From assembly GCF_016432865.1 (NCBI RefSeq), contig NC_067403.1, positions 256,742,001 through 256,806,000 on the forward strand: a DNA stretch of 64,000 nucleotides, given 5' to 3'. The notes below the pieces were generated by a model. The model saw nothing but the letters and a program-made list of their open reading frames with translations, was not told the origin of the DNA and did no database searches. The DNA comes from Antechinus flavipes. Its lineage: Eukaryota. Positions 55,009 to 64,000 of the stretch are shown one piece after another; within the stretch, counting starts at the first letter, position 1, and every line of letters starts with the position of its first letter. The translations under genes were made by a program, and so were the position numbers.

Positions 55009-55957
55009 TTTTTTTGTTGTTGTTGTTATAGCTTTTTACCAGTTATGTGCATGGGTAATTTTACAGCATTGACAATGGCCAAACCTTTTGTTCTGACTTT
55101 TCCCCTCCTTCCCCCCGCCCCCTCCCCCAGATGGCAGGTTGAATGATACATGTTAAATATGTTAAATATGTTAACATATAAGTTAAATACAATATAAACA
55201 TACATGTCCAAACCCTTATTTTGCTGCACAGAAAAAATCAGACTCTGAAGTAGTTTACGATTAGCCTGTGAAGGAAATAAAAGATGCAGGCGGACAAAAC
55301 AGAGGGATTGGGAATTCTATGGAGTGGTTCATCGTCATCTCCCAGAGTTCTTTCACTGGGCGTAGCTGGTTCAGTTCATTCTGATGCGGGAAAGATTCCT
55401 TTCTAGATTCCCAGCCTCTCCTAGTTAATAATGTAAATTGCCCTTTAATTCACAAATCCCGGTGCCTTTGAATTCCAATAGAAGATCCTGTCCCAGCTCC
55501 ACCCGGATCTGAGTCAACTTTAGGGCTACACCTGAAAGCCCCTCGAGCTAAGTCTCCTATTATAAAAAGGCCACGCTGGGAACTCCTCTTTACAGAGATT
55601 CCAAACATGGCTGCCATGTGAGGACCCTCTGTCCACCCTCTGCCCGTGCCCTCCTTATCTCTACCTTCGCCTATACTTTAACTTTGCTCACCCAATAATA
55701 AACCTCTTTTATCAATCTAGCTTTCGGGCCAATAAATGTTTTTATTGGGAACTCGCGCCCCTCCTAGACCCCCTTGCGCCGAATCTGTACCCCAAACCTG
55801 CCACTAGACCTTAACCCTAATTTCATTTAGTTTCCCCAAAGCTAGACCTCAACAAGTTCCTGTCAGTCTCCCGGCCTCTCTGAAATCCTCCTGCTGGTCA
55901 TTTCTTACAGAACAATAATATTCCATAACATTCACATACCACAATTTATTTAGCCAT
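55009..55957 (-). mobile_element. LINE-1 3' UTR, antisense, interrupted by LTR insertions (pieces 55009-55381 and 55855-55957)
   Basis: T/(TTG)n tail followed by the reverse complement of the 740-1087 element. It resumes after the LTR with ...CTGAAATCCTCCTGCTGGTCATTTCTTACAGAACAATAATATTCC. Confidence 0.75.
55382..55854 (+). mobile_element. Solo LTR (endogenous retrovirus), ~473 bp
   Basis: TG...CA termini, TATAAAA at 55561-55567, AATAAA at 55697 and 55731, flanked on both sides by L1 sequence, no internal retroviral ORF. Confidence 0.7.
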
Positions 55958-56989
55958 TGGAAATAGTTTCTTAAAGGGACCACACCCCGCTTCAATGTGG
56001 CCGCCAGAGGATGGTAAGGTGTTGGACGCAGGTGTGGCGGGCAGAAGAAGGGACAAACGTTAATCCCTTTGGAAGAAGGCTCTGAAAAGGGAGATCAGTT
56101 TAGGGCCTGGTCCCATGTCTCCAGGTAATCCAGTCAGAAATCCAAGTTTTATCAAAAGCCTGAGGCTAAATTTCCCCACAGGCCAATCTACGGCTGCTGC
56201 CTTCCTTTGGGAGGCCCCCCCCCTCCTTGTGGTGTCTTCCCCTTTCCCTTCCTCCTTGCCTCGTGGTGTCTCCCCTTGAAATGGACAAAGGACTGGCCTT
56301 CCCCTCCCCTCCCTCAGTCTTAGCTTAAAGGGCCCAGTGAAGGGTCTGCTCAGCTAGATTAGGGGACTTCTTTTGCACTTCAAAGTGCCAGATCAACTAT
56401 GCTCCCAAGCCTAACCCTGATCCCTATCTATGTTAAAACATCTGCCTTTGTATCTTTCTTCCAGTAAAGTCCAGTTACTATTTAATGTCAAAGGTGCCAG
56501 CAAGGGTGAACGAGAATGCTTCTAAGGCTGTCCCCACTTCAGTTGGGCACGGAACCATGCCAGAACCCTACTGGAGGTCCGTGCTGGCCATGCCCACCAT
56601 CTAGGCCAGTTACCAAGAAATTATTTCTAAATGATGAATTACTATGGCCGTCTTGAATTTTATTGCCTGAGATATTTCACCCTAACTCCACTAGGCTTCC
56701 CAGCCCCACTTCTCCTTATAGGGCACCGAGTCCCTTTCAGGATTTAGCCTTGGTGCCCCCTCTCATGGGAGCTCCCTGAGGAGCTTGGCTTTCCTACACT
56801 CTCCCTCTCTATTTCACATTTACCCTCCCTGGTGTCTGTGTGTCCTTTCATTTTGTCGGTAATCTCTTCCCTAAATAAATCTACCTTTTGCTAAAGAGAA
56901 TGGCCACTGGGAATTCTTCACACGACTGAACCCCAACTTTGGGTGCCTGCCGCTATCTGGGGCCCACCCCCACATCGCAGATCCTATCA
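55958..56989 (+). mobile_element. Probable second solo LTR, ~1.03 kb
   Basis: TG...CA termini, AATAAA at 56875-56880 followed by a U5-like tail. It interrupts the L1 phrase ...TTTAGCCAT / ATGGGCA... Confidence 0.55.
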
Positions 56990-57005
56990 ATGGGCAGCAG
57001 TCAGG

Positions 57006-57145
57006 NNNNNNNNNNNNNNNNNNNNNNNNNNNNNNNNNNNNNNNNNNNNNNNNNNNNNNNNNNNNNNNNNNNNNNNNNNNNNNNNNNNNNNNNNNNNNNN
57101 NNNNNNNNNNNNNNNNNNNNNNNNNNNNNNNNNNNNNNNNNNNNN
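57006..57145. other. Assembly gap (140 N)
   Basis: Run of N. Confidence 0.99.
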
Positions 57146-57225
57146 AAGCGTCTGAGGCTAGATTTGAACTCAGGTCCTCCTGACTTCAGGGCTGGTGTTC
57201 CCACTCTATCACCTAGCTGCCCCTC
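57146..57225 (-). mobile_element. Young CORE-SINE (WSINE1-like), truncated by the gap
   Basis: TCTGAGGCTAGATTTGAACTCAGGTCCTCCTGACTTCAGGGCTGGTG...CACCTAGCTGCCCC. Confidence 0.75.
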
Positions 57226-58081
57226 CCCACCCCCAACCCCAATAAGTACATTTTATAGGGAAAATGTAACCTGTGGATTTCTGACATGGCCAAAGCGAGG
57301 CCCCTCCAGACCTCTGCAGGGGGTGGGTCTCAGTTTATGTCAAAGCTGGATTTCGGAGTGCACCACCTCCCAGAGGGTGGGACCCTGGGCTACACTGACG
57401 GATATAAGAGCCTTCTCCCTGCTGGGCTCGGGATCATTTCCCCTGCTTACTCCCTGCTGAAGGCCTCCTCCATCAGAAAGGAGCTTTGTCCCATCAGCGG
57501 CAGAAACCGCAGGGCGGGTGGGTGAGAACAGAGTGGGGGGTGGGGGCCGCTCCGGAAAGGCACCAGGGGCCTGCGAAGGTGCTTCCAGACCCGCTTGGGG
57601 ATGGGTGCTTGTGGGGGGCTTGTGCGCAGCCCTGACAGGGACTCCTAATGGCAGGCCTGAGGGAGAAGCGAACCCCGTTATGTCCCCAGACTTGGGTAAT
57701 TCTAGAGGTTTTCTGAAGACAACTGAGTCAAGACACTCCCGTAACTTTATAATAAGTAGGGCTATTGCTAAAAAAGTTGGAGCTAAAAAAGTCCCCTCCT
57801 GGTTCCCAGCACCTCTTAAATAGCATTTAAGTACCTCCTTTAAAAGCAATTTGCTCTTTTATTTTGGGGATAGATTTCTGTGATTAGAATGGTAGCCCGG
57901 ACTCCCAAATAGGGAGAAAAGGGGGGCTCTCTGTGCTGGGGCTTTTTAATCTTGTTTTGCAGTTTTTACTTTGCACTCTTTACTGACAAACACCTCGACT
58001 GGAATTTTCCTCTGAGAGTTTGTTTTTGGGGTCTAACTGACCATTCTCTGGGTGAGTCTCATCTCCTTCCATTGCTGAGAC

Positions 58082-58206
58082 AATTGGTTAAGTGACTTAC
58101 CCAGAGTCACACAGCCTTAAGTATTAAGTGTCTGAGGCTAGATTTGAACTCGGATCTTCCTGACTTCAGAGCTGGTGCTCTATCCACAGGGCCATCTAGC
58201 TACCCC
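58082..58206 (-). mobile_element. CORE-SINE (WSINE1-like)
   Basis: GTTAAGTGACTTACCCAGAGTCACACAG...TAAGTGTCTGAGGCTAGATTTGAACTC...CATCTAGCTACCCC. Confidence 0.8.
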
Positions 58207-58929
58207 TTCTTCCTCCTTCTTATGGATTCTCGGGACTCTCATCTCTGTAACCTCTGATTTCTACTGGCTGGTTCTGCTCCGATAAATGGGTTCGTTCATG
58301 TTTATGAGTTGTGGTGGGCCTTTATGGAGGCAGCCTTGGAGAGGGAGCTTAAGCTCACCCTCCCTTTAAAACAACAAAGGGAGCTTTTTCAGAGTCTGTC
58401 ATCCGTTAGACCCCAGAAGGGCACCCCAACTTGGAGGGTTCCTGAGCTCTACGCACCCCTGGCCCCAGCTCCGGTATTACAGTGAAGGCCCAGCTCTAGG
58501 CGCTTCCTCTGCTCAGGGGCAGGCCAGAACGCAGAGCCAATCTCTCCCTGCCATCTGCTAGCCGTGTTTATAGATGTCAATTATCTGTGTGGACTTAATT
58601 ATTATGTTTAAAAGGAGGGAGTCAGACTGGGTGACTATAGTATCACTCCCATCCCAACATGGGGCAATGGAGAGGATGCTGGAGCCCCCACTGGGGACGT
58701 GACCCTCAAAGGAGGACTTGGACCCGCCTCTTCCATTTCCAAATAGTTGATTCTTTGGCCCTGATATCGAGCCAGGAAATGCCCTGAAATGGTAAGTCCT
58801 TCTGAGAATGGGGAAGCTCTGGACTTCCCCAAAGTCACAAATTAAGACAATTAATTCCTGTCCCAGGCAGCTTCTAAGCCTGGGAGTGACCTGCAAATTG
58901 TTGCGATGTTCTGGTGGAGGAAGTTTTTG

Positions 58930-60292
58930 AACCAGGATTTCGCCACAAAGATGGAATTAGTCATCTAGACCAAAAAAAAATAAAATAAAATAAAAAAAGC
59001 AAAACAAAACTTTTCAGATACATTTTGTCTATTATTGTAAAATATTCTCCATGTAAAGACAATTTTAAACATTTAAAAAACTCAAATTCCTTCTCTTTAC
59101 ATGCTTGCATGTAAAATGTTTCCCTATCGGTCATGTTTCCCTATTAGTCATGTTGTGAAAGAAACAGATCAAAAGAAAAAGTTCACAAAAAATGAATCGT
59201 CTGCTTTGTTCTGTTTTCGGACTCCATAAGTCCTTTTTCTGGAAGTGGAGAACATTTTCCATTATGATTCTTTGGAACTGTCATTATGTTGATGGAATTG
59301 GATCCAGGATTTTACCACAAAGATGGAATTACTTATCTAGACTGAATGGGACCGAATGATTGGATGAAGTTCTCAGTGAGACAGTCACATGATCCCTGTT
59401 TCCAGGTCTTGAACTCTGGATTGCAGGGAGTCACATGCTCTCTAAAAATCAGACTCGCAGACATTGGTCAAGCACAGGCCATTCAATGAAAAGGCTTTTT
59501 AAATCCCGGACAAGCCGGGAACTGGTCAGGTTCCACAAGCACGTGGCGGGCGCCGGGATGGCTCCCAGATGTATGTCTGAACCTCTCCCTGCAGGGACTA
59601 AAATGCTTTCTCTTTGTATCTGAAGATGTCTGAATGAATTTGGGAAAAGGGGTCTAGCACCCGTCCCACACAAGACCAAAAAAAAACCCCCAAAAACAAA
59701 AATGGGTTTTCAGGTACATTTTCTCTACTGTAAAATAACATGACAAAATTCTAAACTTTTCTCCGCTCCTCTTCCCTAAAATGGTAATTTGATATAGGTT
59801 ATATATGTGCCAGCATGTTTTCCAGTCATATTGTAAAAGAAGAAACAGATCAAAAGAAAAAGCTCCCAAAATAAAGTGAAACTGGTGGATAGCATTTTCC
59901 ATTATTTTTTTTGGAACTGTCATGTTGATAGAATTATTTATCTAGACTGAATGGGAGGGATTGGATGAAGTTTTCCCAGTTTGAGACAGTCACATGATTC
60001 CTGTTCCCAGGTCTTGACCCCTGGGTTGCATGGAGTCACATGGTCTCTAAAAATCAGACTTGCCGGAAGTGACTTGACCCACAGGAAGCAGACAACATTG
60101 GTCAAGCATGGTCCAATGAAAACACTTTTAAATCCCGGACAAGCCGGGAGCTGGTCAGGTTCCACAAGCACATTGTGGGAGCTGGGATGACTCCCATCTG
60201 AAGATGTCTCGATTAATTAATTTGGAAAGGGGATCTACCACCACAGAAGACCATTATTTCTTTGGAATTGTCATGTTGATGGAATTGGATCT
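58930..60292. repeat. Old, degenerate tandem triplication (units ~58967-59675, ~59676-60247, partial 60248-60292)
   Basis: Shared blocks GAAACAGATCAAAAGAAAAAG, CATTTTCCATTAT..TTTGGAACTGTCAT, ATCTAGACTGAATGGGA, CTCTAAAAATCAGACT and AAATCCCGGACAAGCCGGGA.CTGGTCAGGTTCCACAAGCAC recur ~600-710 nt apart. Confidence 0.85.
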
Positions 60293-60299
60293 TTTTATT

Positions 60300-60750
60300 G
60301 TGAGCTGTTTTACATGAACCGATGCTAGAAGTGACGTGAGCCGAACCTAGAAAACCTTGTAAACAGCAAAGACTGTTGATCGATTCTGATGGACTTGGCT
60401 ATTTTCAACAATGAGTTGGTTCAAGGCAATTCCAATAGACTTGTAAAGAGCCTTCTGTATCAAGAGAGATCACTAAAGGGACTGAATGAACATAATAGTG
60501 TAATAATGTAATAATAGAGTATTTTCACTTTTTATTGTTTGCTTGGGTTGTTTTTTTTTCTCGTCTTTTGCTCTGATTTTTCACGCGCAGCATGACTGAT
60601 GTGGAAATTTGTGTAGAAGACTTGCACAAGTTTAATCTATATTGGATTATCTGCTGACTAGAGGAGATGGAGAGGGGGGAAAATTTGAACACAAGGTTTT
60701 GCAAGGATGAATGTCGGAAGCTCTTTGAAAAATATTTTAAAAAGAGAAAA
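60300..60750 (+). mobile_element. Older LINE-1 3' UTR fragment
   Basis: GATCGATTCTGATGGACTTGGCTATTTTCAACAATGAG is homologous to GACCAATTCTGATGGGCGTGGCC at ~680. Confidence 0.6.
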
Positions 60751-60754
60751 AGGA

Positions 60755-61075
60755 AAAGAGCTGTCACAGTTGATCATCACATAGGGTTGCTATTACAAGT
60801 ATAATTTTCTCCTGGTTCTGCTCGCATCAGTTCATGGAAGTCTTTCTAGATTTTTTGAAATGAACCAGCTCATTTTTTATAGCACAGTAATCAATTAAAT
60901 CAATCAAATACAGCTTGTTCAGCCATTCCCCAATTGATGGGGATCCCCTCACTTTGCAAGTCTTTTCCACCACAAAAAGAGCTACGTTTTGTTACATGTG
61001 GGTCCTTTCCCCTTTTATCATCTCTTTGGGATACAGTAGTGGTATTGCGGGAGCAAATGGCATACAGAGTTTGCA
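60755..61075 (-). mobile_element. Older LINE-1 3' UTR fragment, antisense
   Basis: GCATCAGTTCATGGAAGTC...TTCAGCCATTCCCCAATTGATGGGGATCCC is homologous to the 55855-55957 piece. Confidence 0.6.
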
Positions 61076-61599
61076 TTGGCTGTAAGTTCAAGACCATTTA
61101 ATACTGAACTAAGAAGATGATATTGGATCGCTTCATTTTCATGGTTGCAAGGACACAAAGCAAAGATCACCCCCTAGAGGGTATTGGTGGTATGGCAGCA
61201 TTTCTATCGGCTCTCCTGACAATGGGATAGCTCAGACTCTAAGAGCAGTGTTTTCATTGAGGGGTTCCCCTCTATTGTGGAGGTGGCCACCGTGGGACTT
61301 ACTTCCAGAATTGCCAGAGGCGAGATAATCCTCACCCGGTCACCTCCACCCTCTGCTCGGACAACATGGCACGGGGGATAGAGTATTAGCTACAGAGTTG
61401 AACAGAGAGCCAAGATAGAAGAGCTGTGTGATCCTGAATCTTCTGGATCTCCCTCTGTGTATTTGCAAAATAGACAATGCAGGGTTTACATTAAGAATCA
61501 AAGCCGCAGAGGAAGCAATCTGCGTTGGTGAAGGGAGTTTATGTTTGCACATCCTGGCTCCTGGGCTGTAATAAAACGTGTCAACTGAGATATGGATCA

Positions 61600-61780
61600 A
61601 TTGTGTTTGATTCTTTGTGACTAAGTTTCTTGTAAAGATACTGGAGTGGTTACCACTTCCTTTCACGGAGGAGGAAACTGAGGGCTAGATTGTCTTACCC
61701 AAAGTTACACAACTAATGTCTAAGGTTGGATTTGAACTCGGGATTTCCAGTGCTCTGCCCATTGTGGCACCTAGCTGCCC
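61600..61780 (-). mobile_element. MAR1-type SINE with RTE-like tail
   Basis: AAAGATACTGGAGTGGTTACCACTTCCTT...GAGGAAACTGAGG...GGATTTGAACTC...CACCTAGCTGCCC. Confidence 0.7.
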
Positions 61781-63511
61781 TGAATTTTGACCCTTCATTT
61801 AAACTAGGATAAAACTGGCAGCTTTCCAAGGTTTGACTGATATCAATAGGTAGGAGGAGGTCTTTTCAGTGCATCTCTTAAATGACTGCACTAAAGCAAT
61901 CCCAGCTTCTCCCGAAATAACGATGTGCCTGTGCATCTGAGCACACAAATATGGAATAGATGACTCTACATATGCCTATATAAACACATTTTGTGCACAT
62001 GCATCTCTATCTCCATGTGAATCTGGGAGGCCGTCTGGGAAAGTGGACTTGAAAAGCTTGAGCAGAGAGAGGGCTTGGACTAGATGACTTCTAAGGTCCC
62101 TTTTAGCTCAAACTATGAAGGGCTTCTATGGGCCTCCAAACAAGTGAGACTCGGTGGCAGAGGAGGCTTAAATCTTCATGGATAGAGAAAGTTGCTCCTT
62201 AGGAAAGACACACGTATATCTTTGTACGTGTACTTTTGACCAGAAATTGAAAATTTGACTATATCAAAATCAAACCTCAGATTGTCGAGTTGTTAGATTG
62301 CATAATTTCATCTTTTAAGTAATCAAGAAAACTTCAATCTTTCCATTTGTTCATTTACTCCTAAGAATCCCAATCAAGCTGATCGCAAGGTAGCCTGTAC
62401 TGGGGAGACTGGATTATATCCAAAGTAATGTCTCAAGCAGAGAAATCCCAGGCTTGGGAGAAAGAAGCCAGGGAGAAAACATAGTCCTTTGGCCGTTTCC
62501 AAATTCCGGCTCAGATGGTCAGTGAACCTTTTTCCTCATCACTCCTACTATTTGGAGGCTGTTTCCTCTTTCTAGTTAAAAAAAAAAACAAACAAACCCA
62601 ATTCCCTGTGGCTGTCCCTAGTAGGTGTGTATTTGGTGAGTATCATAACCTGTCTCTTAGAATGTTCTCTAAACTCGGCCACGGGACAGAAGTGGGAGAA
62701 CCGTGGGATCTGGATCTGGATCTGGGAAAGATTCTCTCAGACCTGTGGAGTCCACAGAAAACGCAATGGATTCTTCTACTAGACTTTGCATTTGAGGACC
62801 AACTTCAGGATCTATACTTTGGACAAAACTGTAAAACCAGCGAGGTACAGTCTTGGCCTTTCCATCCCATCGTCCTACTTGGAACCTTCACGCTGCCTGC
62901 CCCCTGATAACCAGGACAATGCACACATTCTCTTTCTCCAGATTCTCCCCTTTCAAAACCTAGTCCCAGGCAAAGGGCCGATGGCATTGGTGTGTCTTTG
63001 GGTTCCCTGGTGAAGCCCAGAGAAAGAAATACAGCTCCATCGGGGGCTTCAGCTGTCAACAACAGTCTGGAGATGTGGGTGTGGGAGGAGGGTAAGCCAC
63101 AGTCCATCAGCCTCTGCCTTCTCTAACTGCTGATTAAGCCAGACCCGAGAGAGACCCTTATTCCTTTAAACTCTTCAGCGACTAGATTCGAACCAAGCAT
63201 CCCTCGGAACTAGAGTAGAATGAGATGCTCAAGCGTTCTCCCTGCCAATCCCGTTTCATTCACTCACTCATTCAGACCCAGACGTACCAGAGCTCGGCTA
63301 TATCAATTGACATAAGCTGGCCAACCTGGGGCCTGCAGAGCGGCAATTTTCATCCTATAGCTATACTATATTATAATAAAATATGAACTCAACTAAAATC
63401 TCCAATTAGAAGAGATTTGTTCCTAACCCACCCCAGTGGGCCTGGATTTCTGAGATATTCTATCACCCGGCTGACCCATCCGGGGACTGGGGAGGGGATA
63501 ATGTTTGCTGT

Positions 63512-64000
63512 TTAGTTACTTGTGTGAGAGGAAGTAAGGCCGTTTTCTAGGTTTCCTGTGATTTTCGGGATAAGGGAAGGCAGTCGGGAGCTCCTTTGGA
63601 CACGGACCAGGTTCTTGGCCCGCCTTTCCTGCTGCAGCCAGTACAACATCTCCACTTTGTCCTTCTTCATCTTTTCCAGATAGCACCGCCCCTTGTAGGT
63701 CACCGAGTCCCCAAAGGTGACCTGGATATCTCGCAGGAGCTTGGCCAGCAAGGTCTCAATTGCTTTAATCCTCTGGTATAAGCTGCTGCGAATCTGGGAC
63801 TCGTCTTGCAAGCGCCAAAGGTCATAATCGACCTTCAGGAAGAAGCGGTTGGGGTCAGAGGCCTCTTGCTCAAAGCGTTCCAGCTGTGCTAACAAGATCT
63901 CTCGCTCCTGGATGGGGTGCAAGGCCTTCTCCCAGGCGCTCACCAGGGCAGGGAGCTGCCCCAACCGGACATTGGAGCTGTACTTGATGGCCATGTCCAG
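63512..64000 (-). CDS. CCDC87: Coiled-coil domain-containing protein 87, C-terminal part (continues beyond the window; intronless here)
   Basis: Open frame LDMAIKYSSNVRL...AWEKALHPIQEREILL..LE.FE..ASDPNRFF...FGDSVTYKGRCYLEKMKKDKVEMLYWLQQERR matches the CCDC87 C-terminus as I recall it, in the expected syntenic position upstream of CTSF. Confidence 0.9.
   Translation of the reverse strand: MDMAIKYSSNVRLGQLPALVSAWEKALHPIQEREILLAQLERFEQEASDPNRFFLKVDYDLWRLQDESQIRSSLYQRIKAIETLLAKLLRDIQVTFGDSVTYKGRCYLEKMKKDKVEMLYWLQQERRAKNLVRVQRSSRLPSLIPKITGNLENGLTSSHTSN

Overview
GC-rich, intron-containing vertebrate genomic DNA, not microbial. The repeat content (CORE-type SINEs, MIR/L2/L3 remnants, a marsupial-style L1 3' UTR) points to a marsupial, probably a dasyurid; this is an inference. 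The window carries the conserved block known from human 11q13.2, in the same order and orientation: DPP3(+) - BBS1(+) - ZDHHC24(-) - ACTN3(+) - CTSF(-) - 3' end of CCDC87(-). I walked every coding exon by hand. All introns are GT-AG and all spliced frames are open: DPP3 737 aa, BBS1 591 aa, ZDHHC24 275 aa, ACTN3 897 aa, CTSF 483 aa, CCDC87 partial. Most long ORFs in the supplied track are GC-rich shadow frames. I found no convincing new gene or novel biological system. The most notable oddities are: a near-perfect ~680-bp tandem duplication of the DPP3 promoter and first exon; no canonical poly(A) signal between DPP3 and BBS1, with a phase-compatible fusion splice; a forkhead-motif minisatellite in BBS1 intron 1; an Arg-to-Trp change at a BBS1 position I recall as conserved; several SINE/LINE-seeded minisatellites; nested solo LTRs; and a degenerate triplicated module with M-box motifs upstream of CTSF. 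Repeat boundaries are approximate, and human comparisons are from memory.
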